A stretch of DNA of 64,000 nt from Eledone cirrhosa (taxonomy: Eukaryota). Below the pieces are notes generated by a model. It worked only from the letters and a program-made list of their open reading frames with translations, had not been told where the DNA came from and ran no database searches. This document shows positions 37,960 through 51,150 of this stretch, piece by piece (position 1 is the stretch's first letter; each line of letters begins with the position of its first letter). The position numbers were made by a program, and so were the translations under genes. The stretch is taken from positions 135,222,001 to 135,286,000 of the forward strand of contig OZ024744.1 in the NCBI GenBank assembly GCA_964016885.1. Reading direction: 5' to 3'.

Positions 37960-40900
37960 AGTTAAGTTGGGGGTAAGTTAAGATGGGGTTAAGTTAAGTT
38001 GGGGTTAAGTTAATTTGGGGTTAAGTTAGGGTTAAGTTAAGTTGGGGTTGAGTTAAGTTGGGGTTAAGTTAAGTTGGGGTTATGTTAAGTTGGGGTTAAG
38101 TTAAGTTGGGGTTAAGATGAGTTGGGGTTCAGTTAAGTTGCGGTTAAGTTAAGTTGGGGTTAAGTTAAGTTGGGGTTAAGTTAAGTTGGGGTTAAGTTAA
38201 GTTGGCGTTAATTTAAGTTGGGGTTAAGTTAAGTTGGGGTTAAGTTAAGTTGCGGTTAAATTAAGTTGGGGTTAAGTTAAGTTGGGGTTTATTTAAGTTG
38301 GGGTTAATTAAGTTGGGGTTAAGTTAAGTTGGGGTTAAGTTAAGTTGGGGTTAACTTAAGTTGGGGTTGAGTTAAGTTGGGGTTAAGTTAAGTTGGTGTT
38401 ATATTAAGTTGGAGTTAAGTTAAGTTGGGGTTAAGTTAAGTTGGGGTTCAGTTAAGTTGCGGTTAAGTTAAGTTGGGGTTAAGTTAAGTTGGGGTTAAGT
38501 TAAGTTGGGGTTAAGTTAAGTTGGGGTTAATTTAGGTTGGGGTTAAGTTAAGTTGGTGTTAAGTTAAGTTGGGGCTAAGTTAAGTTGGGGCTGAGTTAAG
38601 TTGGGGCTGAGTTAAGCTGGGGTTAAGTTAAGTTGGGGTTGAGTTAAGTTGGGGTTAAGTTAAGTTTGGGTTAAGTTGGGGTTAAATTAAGTTGGGGTTA
38701 AGTTAAGTTGGGGTTCAGTTAAGTTGGGGTTAAGTTAAGTTGGGGTTAAGTTAAGTTGGGGTTTAGTTAAGTTGGGGTTCAGTTAAGTTGGGGTTAAGTT
38801 AAGTTTGGGTTAAGTTGGGGTTAAATTAAGTTGGGGTTAAGTTAAGTTGGGGTTTAGTTAAGTTGGGGTTAAGTTAAGTCGGGGTTAATTTAAGTTGGGG
38901 TTAAGTTAAGTTGCGGGTAATTTAAGTTGGAGTTAAGTTAAGTTGGGGTTAAGTTAAGTTGGGGTTAAGTTAAGTTGGGGTTAAGTTAAGTTGCGGTTAA
39001 GTTAAGTTGGGGTTAAGTTAAGTTGGGGTTAAGTTAGATTGTGGTTAAGTTAAGTTGGGGTTAAGTTAAGTTGGGGTTAAGTTAAGTTGGGGTTAAGTTA
39101 AGGCGGGGTTAAGTTGAGTTGGGGTTAAGTTAAGTTGGGGTTAATTTAAGTTGGGGTTGAGTTAATTTGGGGTTAACTTAAGTTGGGGGTACTTAAGTTG
39201 GGTTTAAGTTAAGTGGGGTTAAGTTAAGTTGGGGTTAAGTTAAGTTGGGGTTAAGTTAAGTTGGGGTTAAGTTAGGTTGTGGTTAAGTTAAGTTGGGGGT
39301 AAGTTAAGTTGGGGGTAAGTTAAGTTGGGGTTAATTTAAGTTGGGTCTAATTAAGTTGGGGTTAAGTTAAGTTGGGGTTAAGTTAAGTTGGGGTTGAGTT
39401 AATTTGGGGTTAACTTAAGTTGGGGGTACTTAAGTTGGGTTTAAGTTAAGTGGGGTTAAGTGAAGTTGGGGTTAAGTTAAGTTGGGGGTAAGTTAAGTTG
39501 GGGGTAAGTTAAGTTGGGGTTAATTTAAGTTGGGTCAAATTAAGTTGGGGTTAAGTTAAGTTGGGGTTAAGTTAAGTTGGGGTTAAATTAAGTTGGGGTT
39601 AAGTTAAGTTGGGGTTAAATTAAGTTGGGGTTAAGTTGCGGTTAAGTTAAGTTGGGGTTAAGTTAAGTTGGGGGTAAGTTAAGTTGGTGGTAAGTTAAGT
39701 TGGGGGTAAGTTAAGATGGGCTTAAGTTAAGTTGGGGTTAAGTTAATTTGGGGTTAAGTTAGGGTTAAGTTAAGTTGGGGTTGAGTTAAGTTGGGGTTAA
39801 GTTAAGTTGGGGTTATGTTAAGTTGGGGTTAAGTTAAGTTGGGGTTAAGATGAGTTGGGGTTCAGTTAAGTTGCGGTTAAGTTAAGTTGGGGTTAAGTTA
39901 AGTTGGGGTTAAGTTAAGTTGGGGTTAAGTTAAGTTGGCGTTAATTTAAGTTGGGGTTAAGTTAAGTTGGGGTTAAGTTAAGTTGCGGTTAAATTAAGTT
40001 GGGGTTAAGTTAAGTTGGGGTTTATTTAAGTTGGGGTTAATTAAGTTGGGGTTAAGTTAAGTTGGGGTTAAGTTAAGTTGGGGTTAACTTAAGTTGGGGT
40101 TGAGTTAAGTTGGGGTTAAGTTAAGTTGGGGTTATATTAAGTTGGAGTTAAGTTAAGTTGGGGTTAAGTTAAGTTGGGGTTCAGTTAAGTTGCGGTTAAG
40201 TTAAGTTGGGGTTAAGTTAAGTTGGGGTTAAGTTAAGTTGGGGTTAAGTTAAGTTGGGGTTAATTTAGGTTGGGGTTAAGTTAAGTTGGTGTTAAGTTAA
40301 GTTGGGGCTAAGTTAAGTTGGGGCTGAGTTAAGTTGGGGCTGAGTTAAGTTGGGGTTAAGTTAAGTTGGGGTTGAGTTAAGTTGGGGTTAAGTTAAGTTG
40401 GGGTTCAGTTAAGTTGGGGTTAAGTTAAGTTGGGGTTAAGTTAAGTTGGGGTTTAGTTAAGTTGGGGTTCAGTTAAGTTGGGGTTAAGTTAAGTTTGGGT
40501 TAAGTTGGGGTTAAATTAAGTTGGGGTTAAGTTAAGTTGGGGTTTAGTTAAGTTGGGGTTAAGTTAAGTCGGGGTTAATTTAAGTTGGGGTTAAGTTAAG
40601 TTGCGGGTAATTTAAGTTGGAGTTAAGTTAAGTTGGGGTTAAGTTAAGTTGGGGTTAAGTTAAGTTGGGGTTAAGTTAAGTTGCGGTTAAGTTAAGTTGG
40701 GGTTAAGTTAAGTTGGGGTTAAGTTAGATTGTGGTTAAGTTAAGTTGGGGTTAAGTTAAGTTGGGGTTAAGTTAAGTTGGGGTTAAGTTAAGGCGGGGTT
40801 AAGTTGAGTTGGGGTTAAGTTAAGTTGGGGTTAAGTTAAGTTGGGGTTGAGTTAATTTGGGGTTAACTTAAGTTGGGGGTACTTAAGTTGGGTTTAAGTT

Positions 40901-43140
40901 AAGTTGGGGTTAAGTTAAGTTGGGGTTAAGTTAAGTTGGGGTTAAGTTAAGTTGGGGTTAAGTTAGGTTGTGGTTAAGTTAAGTTGGGGGTAAGTTAAGT
41001 TGGGGGTAAGTTAAGTTGGGGTTAATTTAAGTTGGGTCTAATTAAGTTGGGGTTAAGTTAAGTTGGGGTTAAGTTAAGTTGGGGTTGAGTTAATTTGGGG
41101 TTAACTTAAGTTGGGGGTACTTAAGTTGGGTTTAAGTTAAGTGGGGTTAAGTGAAGTTGGGGTTAAGTTAAGTTGGGGGTAAGTTAAGTTGGGAGTAAGT
41201 TAAGTTGGGGTTAATTTAAGTTGGGTCAAATTAAGTTGGGGTTAAGTTAAGTTGGGGTTAAGTTAAGTTGGGGTTAAATTAAGTTGGGGTTAAGTTAAGT
41301 TGGGGTTAAATTAAGTTGGGGTTAAGTTGCGGTTAAGTTAAGTTGGGGTTAAGTTAAGTTGGGGGTAAGTTAAGTTGGTGGTAAGTTAAGTTGGGGGTAA
41401 GTTAAGATGGGGTTAAGTTAAGTTGGGGTTAAGTTAATTTGGGGTTAAGTTAGGGTTAAGTTAAGTTGGGGTTGAGTTAAGTTGGGGTTAAGTTAAGTTG
41501 GGGTTATGTTAAGTTGGGGTTAAGTTAAGTTGGGGTTAAGATGAGTTGGGGTTCAGTTAAGTTGCGGTTAAGTTAAGTTGGGGTTAAGTTAAGTTGGGGT
41601 TAAGTTAAGTTGGGGTTAAGTTAAGTTGGCGTTAATTTAAGTTGGGGTTAAGTTAAGTTGGGGTTAAGTTAAGTTGCGGTTAAATTAAGTTGGGGTTAAG
41701 TTAAGTTGGGGTTTATTTAAGTTGGGGTTAATTAAGTTGGGGTTAAGTTAAGTTGGGGTTAAGTTAAGTTGGGGTTAACTTAAGTTGGGGTTGAGTTAAG
41801 TTGGGGTTAAGTTAAGTTGGGGTTATATTAAGTTGGAGTTAAGTTAAGTTGGGGTTAAGTTAAGTTTGGGTTCAGTTAAGTTGCGGTTAAGTTAAGTTGG
41901 GGTTAAGTTAAGTTGGGGTTTAGTTAACTTGGGGTTAAGTTAAGTTGGGGTTAAGTTAGGTTGGGGTTTAGTTAAGTTGGTGTTAAGTTAAGTTGGGGCT
42001 AAGTTAAGTTGGGGCTGAGTTAAGTTGGGGCTGAGTTAAGTTGGGGTTAAGTTAAGTTGGGGTTGAGTTAAGTTGGGGTTAAGTTAAGTTGGGGTTCAGT
42101 TAAGTTGGGGTTAAGTTAAGTTGGGGTTAAGTTAAGTTGGGGTTTAGTTAAGTTGGGGTTCAGTTAAGTTGGGGTTAAGTTAAGTTTGGGTTAAGTTGGG
42201 GTTAAATTAAGTTGGGGTTAAGTTAAGTTGGGGTTTAGTTAAGTTGGGGTTAAGTTAAGTCGGGGTTAATTTAAGTTGGGGTTAAGTTAAGTTGCGGGTA
42301 ATTTAAGTTGGAGTTAAGTTAAGTTGGGGTTAAGTTAAGTTGGGGTTAAGTTAAGTTGGGGTTAAGTTAAGTTGCGGTTAAGTTAAGTTGGGGTTAAGTT
42401 AAGTTGGGGTTAAGTTAGATTGTGGTTAAGTTAAGTTGGGGTTAAGTTAAGTTGGGGTTAAGTTAAGTTGGGGTTAAGTTAAGGCGGGGTTAAGTTGAGT
42501 TGGGGTTAAGTTAAGTTGGGGTTAAGTTAAGTTGGGGTTGAGTTAATTTGGGGTTAACTTAAGTTGGGGGTACTTAAGTTGGGTTTAAGTTAAGTGGGGT
42601 TAAGTTAAGTTGGGGTTAAGTTAAGTTGGGGTTAAGTTAAGTTGGGGTTAAGTTAGGTTGTGGTTAAGTTAAGTTGGGGGTAAGTTAAGTTGGGGGTAAG
42701 TTAAGTTGGGGTTAATTTAAGTTGGGTCTAATTAAGTTGGGGTTAAGTTAAGTTGGGGTTAAGTTAAGTTGGGTTGAGTTAATTTGGGGTTAACTTAAGT
42801 TGGGGGTACTTAAGTTGGGTTTAAGTTAAGTGGGGTTAAGTGAAGTTGGGGTTAAGTTAAGTTGGGGGTAAGTTAAGTTGGGGGTAAGTTAAGTTGGGGT
42901 TAATTTAAGTTGGGTCAAATTAAGTTGGGGTTAAGTTAAGTTGGGGTTGAGTTAAGTTGGGGTTAAATTAAGTTGGGGTTAAGTTAAGTTGGGGTTAAGT
43001 TAAGTTGGGGTTAAGTTAAGTTGGGGGTAAGTTAGTTGGTGGTAAGTTAAGTTGGGGGTAAGTTAAGATGGGGTTAAGTTAAGTTGGGGTTAAGTTAATT
43101 TGGGGTTAAGTTAGGGTTAAGTTAAGTTGGGGTTGAGTTA
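37960..43140 (+). repeat. ~1.69-kb higher-order repeat, about 3 tandem copies (nested in the 8-kb unit)
   Basis: ttagattgtgg is at ~39034/40724/42415 (offsets ~1690). The same order of variants (ttaaggcgggg, gggggtac, gggtcaaatt, ttatattaagttggag, ggggctgag) repeats in each copy. Confidence 0.88.
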
Positions 43141-46059
43141 AGTTGGGGGTAATTTAAGTTGGAGTTAAGTTAAGTTGGGGTTAAGTTAAGTTGGGGTTAA
43201 GTTAAGTTGGGGTTAAGTTAAGTTAGGGGTAAGTTAAGTTGGGGGTAAGTTAAGTTGGGGGTAAGTTAAGTTGGGGTTAAGTTAAGTTAGGGTTAAGGTA
43301 AGTTGGGGTTGAGTTAAGTTGGGGTTAAGTTAAGTTGGGGTTATGTTAAGTTGGGGTTAAGTTAAGTTGCGGTTAAGTTAAGTTGGGGTTAAGTGAAGTT
43401 GGGGTTAAGTTAACTTGGGGTTAAGTTAAGTTGGGGTTAAGTTAAGTTGGGGTTAAGTTAAGTTGGGGTTCAGTTAGATTGTGGTTAAGTTAAGTTGGGG
43501 TTAAGTTAAGTTGGGGTTAAGTTAAGTTGGGGTTAAGTTAAGTTGGGGTTGAGTTAATTTGGGGTTAACTTAAGTTGGGGGTACTTAAGTTGGGTTTAAG
43601 TTAAGTGGGGTTAAGTTAAGTTGGGGTTAAGTTAAAGTTGGGGTTAAGTTAAGTTGGGGTTAAGATAGGTTGTGGTTAAGTTAAGTTGGGGGTAAGTTAA
43701 GTTGGGGTTAATTTAAGTTGGGTCTAATTAAGTTGGGGTTAAGTTAAGTTGGGGTTAAGTTAAGTTGGGGTTGAGTTAATTTGGGGTTAACTTAAGTTGG
43801 GGGTACTTAAGTTGGGTTTAAGTTAAGTGGGGTTAAGTTAAGTTGGGGTTAAGTTAAATTGGGGGTAAGTTAAGTTGGGGGTAAGTTAAGTTGGAGTTAA
43901 TTTAAGTTGGGTCAAATTAAGTTGGAGTTAAGTTAAGTTGGGGTTATGTTAAGTTGGGGTTAAGTTAAGTTGGGGTTAAGATGAGTTGGGGTTCAGTTAA
44001 GTTGCGGTTAAGTCAAGTTGGGGTTAAGTTAAGTTGGGGTTAAGTTAAGTTGGGGTTAAGTTAAGTTGGCGTTAATTTAAGTTGGGGTTAAGTTAAGTTG
44101 GGGTTAAGTTAAGTTGGGGTTAAATTAAGTTGGGGTTAAGTTAAGTTGGGGTTAATTTAAGTTGGGGATAAGATAAGTTGGGGTTAAGTTAAGTTGGGGT
44201 TGAGTTAAGTTGGGGTTGAGTTAATTTGGGGTTAACTTAAGTTGGGGTTAAGTTAAGTTGGGGTTAAGTTAAATTGGGGTTAAGTTAAGTTGGGGTTAAG
44301 TTAAGTTGGGGGTAAGTTAAGTTGGGGTTAGTTAAGTTGCGGTTAAGTTAAGTTGGGGTTAAGTTAAGTTGGGGTTAAGTTAAGTTGGGGTTAAGTTAAG
44401 TTGGGGTTAATTTAAGTTGGGGTTAAGTTAAGTTGGGGTTAATTTAAGTTGGGGTTAATTTAAGTTGGGGTTAAGTTAAGTTGGGGTTAAGTTAAGTTGG
44501 GGTTAAGTTAAGTTGGGGGTAACTTAAGTTGGGGGTGAGTTAAGTTGGGGTTAATTTAAGTTGGGGTTAAGTTGGGGTTAAGTTAAGTTAGGGTTAAGTT
44601 AAGTTGGGGTTGAGTTAAGTTGGGGTTAAGTTAAGTGGTGATTATGTTAAGTTGGGGTTAAGTTAAGTTGGGGTTAAGTTAAATTGGGGTTAAGTTAAGT
44701 TGCGGTTATGTTAAGTTGGGGTTAAGTTAAGTTGGGGTTAAGTTAAGTTGGGGTTAAGTTAAGTTGGGGTTAAGTTAAGTCGGGGTTAAGATAAGTTGGG
44801 GTTAAGTTAAGTTGGGATTAAGTTAATTTGGGGTTAAGTTAAGTTGGGGTTAAGTTAAGTTGGGGTTAAGTTAAGTTGAGGTTAAGTTAAGTTGGGGTTA
44901 AATTAAGTTGGGGTTAAGTTAAGCTGGGGTTAAGTTAAGTTAGGGTTAATTAAATTGGGTTTCAGTTAAGTTGGGGTTAATTTAAGTTGGGGTTAAGTTA
45001 AGTTGGGGTTAAGTTAAGTTGGTTAGTTAAGTTGAGTTTAAATTAAGTTGGGGTTAAGTTAAGTTGCGGTTAAGTTAAGTTTGGGTTAAGTTAAGTTGGG
45101 GTTAAGTTAAGTTGGGGTTAAGTTAAGTTGGGGTTAAGTTAAGTTGGGGTTAAGTTAAGTTGGTGTTAAGTTAAGTTGGGGCTAATTTAAGTTGGGGCTG
45201 AGTTAAGTTGGGGCTGAGTTAAGTTGGGGTTAAGTTAAGTTGGGGTTGAGTTAAGTTGGGGTTACGTTAAGTTGGGGTTAAGTTAAGTTGGGGTTAAGTT
45301 AAGTTGGGGTTTAGTTAAGTTGGGGTTCAGTTAAGTTGGGGTTAAGTTAAGTTTGGGTTAAGTTGGGGTTAAATTAAGTTGGGGTTAAGTTAAGTTGGGA
45401 TTTAGTTAAGTTGGGGTTAAGTTAAGTCGGGGTTAATTTAAGTTGGTGTTAAGTTAAGTTGCGGGTAATTTAAGTTGGAGTTAAGTTAAGTTGGGGTTAA
45501 GTTAAGTTGGGGTTAAGTTAAGTTGGGGTTAAGTTAAGTTGGGGTTAAGTTAAGTTAGGGGTAAGTTAAGTTGGGGGTAAGTTAAGTTGGGGGTAAGTTA
45601 AGTTGGGGTTAAGTTAAGTTGGGGTTAAGTTAAGTTAGGGTTAAGGTAAGTTGGGGTTGAGTTAAGTTGGGGTTAAGTTAAGTTGGGGTTATGTTAAGTT
45701 GGGGTTAAGTTAAGTTGCGGTTAAGTTAAGTTGGGTTTAAGTGAAGTTGGGGTTAAGTTAACTTGGGGTTAAGTTAAGTTGGGGTTAAGTTAAGTTGGGG
45801 TTAAGTTAAGTTGGGGAAGTTGGGGTTAAGTTAAGTTGGGGTTAAGTTAAGTTGGGGTTAAGTTAAGTTGGCGTTAATTTAAGTTGGGGTTAAGTTAAGA
45901 TGGGGTTAAGTTAAGTTGGGGTTAAGTTAATTTGGGGTTAAGTTAAGTTGGGGTTGAGTTAATTTGGGGTTAACTTAAGTTGGGGGTACTTAAGTTGGGT
46001 TTAAGTTAAGTGGGGTTAAGTTAAGTTGGGGTTAAGTTAAGTTGGGGTTAAGTTAGGTT

Positions 46060-49000
46060 GTGGTTAAGTTAAGTTGGGGGTAAGTTAAGATGGGGTTAAG
46101 TTAAGTTGGGGTTAAGTTAATTTGGGGTTAAGTTAGGGTTAAGTTAAGTTGGGGTTGAGTTAAGTTGGGGTTAAGTTAAGTTGGGGTTATGTTAAGTTGG
46201 GGTTAAGTTAAGTTGGGGTTAAGATGAGTTGGGGTTCAGTTAAGTTGCGGTTAAGTTAAGTTGGGGTTAAGTTAAGTTGGGGTTAAGTTAAGTTGGGGTT
46301 AAGTTAAGTTGGCGTTAATTTAAGTTGGGGTTAAGTTAAGTTGGGGTTAAGTTAAGTTGCGGTTAAATTAAGTTGGGGTTAAGTTAAGTTGGGGTTTATT
46401 TAAGTTGGGGTTAATTAAGTTGGGGTTAAGTTAAGTTGGGGTTAAGTTAAGTTGGGGTTAACTTAAGTTGGGGTTGAGTTAAGTTGGGGTTAAGTTAAGT
46501 TGGTGTTATATTAAGTTGGAGTTAAGTTAAGTTGGGGTTAAGTTAAGTTGGGGTTCAGTTAAGTTGCGGTTAAGTTAAGTTGGGGTTAAGTTAAGTTGGG
46601 GTTAAGTTAAGTTGGGGTTAAGTTAAGTTGGGGTTAATTTAGGTTGGGGTTAAGTTAAGTTGGTGTTAAGTTAAGTTGGGGCTAAGTTAAGTTGGGGCTG
46701 AGTTAAGTTGGGGCTGAGTTAAGCTGGGGTTAAGTTAAGTTGGGGTTGAGTTAAGTTGGGGTTAAGTTAAGTTTGGGTTAAGTTGGGGTTAAATTAAGTT
46801 GGGGTTAAGTTAAGTTGGGGTTAAGTTAAGTTGGGGTTTAGTTAAGTTGGGGTTCAGTTAAGTTGGGGTTAAGTTAAGTTTGGGTTAAGTTGGGGTTAAA
46901 TTAAGTTGGGGTTAAGTTAAGTTGGGGTTTAGTTAAGTTGGGGTTAAGTTAAGTCGGGGTTAATTTAAGTTGGGGTTAAGTTAAGTTGCGGGTAATTTAA
47001 GTTGGAGTTAAGTTAAGTTGGGGTTAAGTTAAGTTGGGGTTAAGTTAAGTTGGGGTTAAGTTAAGTTGCGGTTAAGTTAAGTTGGGGTTAAGTTAAGTTG
47101 GGGTTAAGTTAGATTGTGGTTAAGTTAAGTTGGGGTTAAGTTAAGTTGGGGTTAAGTTAAGTTGGGGTTAAGTTAAGGCGGGGTTAAGTTGAGTTGGGGT
47201 TAAGTTAAGTTGGGGTTAATTTAAGTTGGGGTTGAGTTAATTTGGGGTTAACTTAAGTTGGGGGTACTTAAGTTGGGTTTAAGTTAAGTGGGGTTAAGTT
47301 AAGTTGGGGTTAAGTTAAGTTGGGGTTAAGTTAAGTTGGGGTTAAGTTAGGTTGTGGTTAAGTTAAGTTGGGGGTAAGTTAAGTTGGGGGTAAGTTAAGT
47401 TGGGGTTAATTTAAGTTGGGTCTAATTAAGTTGGGGTTAAGTTAAGTTGGGGTTAAGTTAAGTTGGGGTTGAGTTAATTTGGGGTTAACTTAAGTTGGGG
47501 GTACTTAAGTTGGGTTTAAGTTAAGTGGGGTTAAGTGAAGTTGGGGTTAAGTTAAGTTGGGGGTAAGTTAAGTTGGGGGTAAGTTAAGTTGGGGTTAATT
47601 TAAGTTGGGTCAAATTAAGTTGGGGTTAAGTTAAGTTGGGGTTAAGTTAAGTTGGGGTTAAATTAAGTTGGGGTTAAGTTAAGTTGGGGTTAAATTAAGT
47701 TGGGGTTAAGTTGCGGTTAAGTTAAGTTGGGGTTAAGTTAAGTTGGGGGTAAGTTAAGTTGGTGGTAAGTTAAGTTGGGGGTAAGTTAAGATGGGGTTAA
47801 GTTAAGTTGGGGTTAAGTTAATTTGGGGTTAAGTTAGGGTTAAGTTAAGTTGGGGTTGAGTTAAGTTGGGGTTAAGTTAAGTTGGGGTTATGTTAAGTTG
47901 GGGTTAAGTTAAGTTGGGGTTAAGATGAGTTGGGGTTCAGTTAAGTTGCGGTTAAGTTAAGTTGGGGTTAAGTTAAGTTGGGGTTAAGTTAAGTTGGGGT
48001 TAAGTTAAGTTGGCGTTAATTTAAGTTGGGGTTAAGTTAAGTTGGGGTTAAGTTAAGTTGCGGTTAAATTAAGTTGGGGTTAAGTTAAGTTGGGGTTTAT
48101 TTAAGTTGGGGTTAATTAAGTTGGGGTTAAGTTAAGTTGGGGTTAAGTTAAGTTGGGGTTAACTTAAGTTGGGGTTGAGTTAAGTTGGGGTTAAGTTAAG
48201 TTGGGGTTATATTAAGTTGGAGTTAAGTTAAGTTGGGGTTAAGTTAAGTTGGGGTTCAGTTAAGTTGCGGTTAAGTTAAGTTGGGGTTAAGTTAAGTTGG
48301 GGTTAAGTTAAGTTGGGGTTAAGTTAAGTTGGGGTTAATTTAGGTTGGGGTTAAGTTAAGTTGGTGTTAAGTTAAGTTGGGGCTAAGTTAAGTTGGGGCT
48401 GAGTTAAGTTGGGGCTGAGTTAAGTTGGGGTTAAGTTAAGTTGGGGTTGAGTTAAGTTGGGGTTAAGTTAAGTTGGGGTTCAGTTAAGTTGGGGTTAAGT
48501 TAAGTTGGGGTTAAGTTAAGTTGGGGTTTAGTTAAGTTGGGGTTCAGTTAAGTTGGGGTTAAGTTAAGTTTGGGTTAAGTTGGGGTTAAATTAAGTTGGG
48601 GTTAAGTTAAGTTGGGGTTTAGTTAAGTTGGGGTTAAGTTAAGTCGGGGTTAATTTAAGTTGGGGTTAAGTTAAGTTGCGGGTAATTTAAGTTGGAGTTA
48701 AGTTAAGTTGGGGTTAAGTTAAGTTGGGGTTAAGTTAAGTTGGGGTTAAGTTAAGTTGCGGTTAAGTTAAGTTGGGGTTAAGTTAAGTTGGGGTTAAGTT
48801 AGATTGTGGTTAAGTTAAGTTGGGGTTAAGTTAAGTTGGGGTTAAGTTAAGTTGGGGTTAAGTTAAGGCGGGGTTAAGTTGAGTTGGGGTTAAGTTAAGT
48901 TGGGGTTAAGTTAAGTTGGGGTTGAGTTAATTTGGGGTTAACTTAAGTTGGGGGTACTTAAGTTGGGTTTAAGTTAAGTTGGGGTTAAGTTAAGTTGGGG

Positions 49001-51150
49001 TTAAGTTAAGTTGGGGTTAAGTTAAGTTGGGGTTAAGTTAGGTTGTGGTTAAGTTAAGTTGGGGGTAAGTTAAGTTGGGGGTAAGTTAAGTTGGGGTTAA
49101 TTTAAGTTGGGTCTAATTAAGTTGGGGTTAAGTTAAGTTGGGGTTAAGTTAAGTTGGGGTTGAGTTAATTTGGGGTTAACTTAAGTTGGGGGTACTTAAG
49201 TTGGGTTTAAGTTAAGTGGGGTTAAGTGAAGTTGGGGTTAAGTTAAGTTGGGGGTAAGTTAAGTTGGGAGTAAGTTAAGTTGGGGTTAAATTAAGTTGGG
49301 GTTAAGTTAAGTTGGGGTTAAATTAAGTTGGGGTTAAGTTGCGGTTAAGTTAAGTTGGGGTTAATTTAAGTTGGGGGTAAGTTAAGTTGGTGGTAAGTTA
49401 AGTTGGGGGTAAGTTAAGATGGGGTTAAGTTAAGTTGGGGTTAAGTTAATTTGGGGTTAAGTTAGGGTTAAGTTAAGTTGGGGTTGAGTTAAGTTGGGGT
49501 TAAGTTAAGTTGGGGTTATGTTAAGTTGGGGTTAAGTTAAGTTGGGGTTAAGATGAGTTGGGGTTCAGTTAAGTTGCGGTTAAGTTAAGTTGGGGTTAAG
49601 TTAAGTTGGGGTTAAGTTAAGTTGGGGTTAAGTTAAGTTGGCGTTAATTTAAGTTGGGGTTAAGTTAAGTTGGGGTTAAGTTAAGTTGCGGTTAAATTAA
49701 GTTGGGGTTAAGTTAAGTTGGGGTTTATTTAAGTTGGGGTTAATTAAGTTGGGGTTAAGTTAAGTTGGGGTTAAGTTAAGTTGGGGTTAACTTAAGTTGG
49801 GGTTGAGTTAAGTTGGGGTTAAGTTAAGTTGGGGTTATATTAAGTTGGAGTTAAGTTAAGTTGGGGTTAAGTTAAGTTTGGGTTCAGTTAAGTTGCGGTT
49901 AAGTTAAGTTGGGGTTAAGTTAAGTTGGGGTTTAGTTAACTTGGGGTTAAGTTAAGTTGGGGTTAAGTTAGGTTGGGGTTTAGTTAAGTTGGTGTTAAGT
50001 TAAGTTGGGGCTAAGTTAAGTTGGGGCTGAGTTAAGTTGGGGCTGAGTTAAGTTGGGGTTAAGTTAAGTTGGGGTTGAGTTAAGTTGGGGTTAAGTTAAG
50101 TTGGGGTTCAGTTAAGTTGGGGTTAAGTTAAGTTGGGGTTAAGTTAAGTTGGGGTTTAGTTAAGTTGGGGTTCAGTTAAGTTGGGGTTAAGTTAAGTTTG
50201 GGTTAAGTTGGGGTTAAATTAAGTTGGGGTTAAGTTAAGTTGGGGTTTAGTTAAGTTGGGGTTAAGTTAAGTCGGGGTTAATTTAAGTTGGGGTTAAGTT
50301 AAGTTGCGGGTAATTTAAGTTGGAGTTAAGTTAAGTTGGGGTTAAGTTAAGTTGGGGTTAAGTTAAGTTGGGGTTAAGTTAAGTTGCGGTTAAGTTAAGT
50401 TGGGGTTAAGTTAAGTTGGGGTTAAGTTAGATTGTGGTTAAGTTAAGTTGGGGTTAAGTTAAGTTGGGGTTAAGTTAAGTTGGGGTTAAGTTAAGGCGGG
50501 GTTAAGTTGAGTTGGGGTTAAGTTAAGTTGGGGTTAAGTTAAGTTGGGGTTGAGTTAATTTGGGGTTAACTTAAGTTGGGGGTACTTAAGTTGGGTTTAA
50601 GTTAAGTGGGGTTAAGTTAAGTTGGGGTTAAGTTAAGTTGGGGTTAAGTTAAGTTGGGGTTAAGTTAGGTTGTGGTTAAGTTAAGTTGGGGGTAAGTTAA
50701 GTTGGGGGTAAGTTAAGTTGGGGTTAATTTAAGTTGGGTCTAATTAAGTTGGGGTTAAGTTAAGTTGGGGTTAAGTTAAGTTGGGTTGAGTTAATTTGGG
50801 GTTAACTTAAGTTGGGGGTACTTAAGTTGGGTTTAAGTTAAGTGGGGTTAAGTGAAGTTGGGGTTAAGTTAAGTTGGGGGTAAGTTAAGTTGGGGGTAAG
50901 TTAAGTTGGGGTTAATTTAAGTTGGGTCAAATTAAGTTGGGGTTAAGTTAAGTTGGGGTTGAGTTAAGTTGGGGTTAAATTAAGTTGGGGTTAAGTTAAG
51001 TTGGGGTTAAGTTAAGTTGGGGTTAAGTTAAGTTGGGGGTAAGTTAGTTGGTGGTAAGTTAAGTTGGGGGTAAGTTAAGATGGGGTTAAGTTAAGTTGGG
51101 GTTAAGTTAATTTGGGGTTAAGTTAGGGTTAAGTTAAGTTGGGGTTGAGT
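46060..51150 (+). repeat. ~1.69-kb higher-order repeat, about 3 tandem copies (second 8-kb unit)
   Basis: ttagattgtgg is at ~47109/48799/50427 (offsets ~1690 and ~1628), with the same variant order as 37960-43140. Confidence 0.85.
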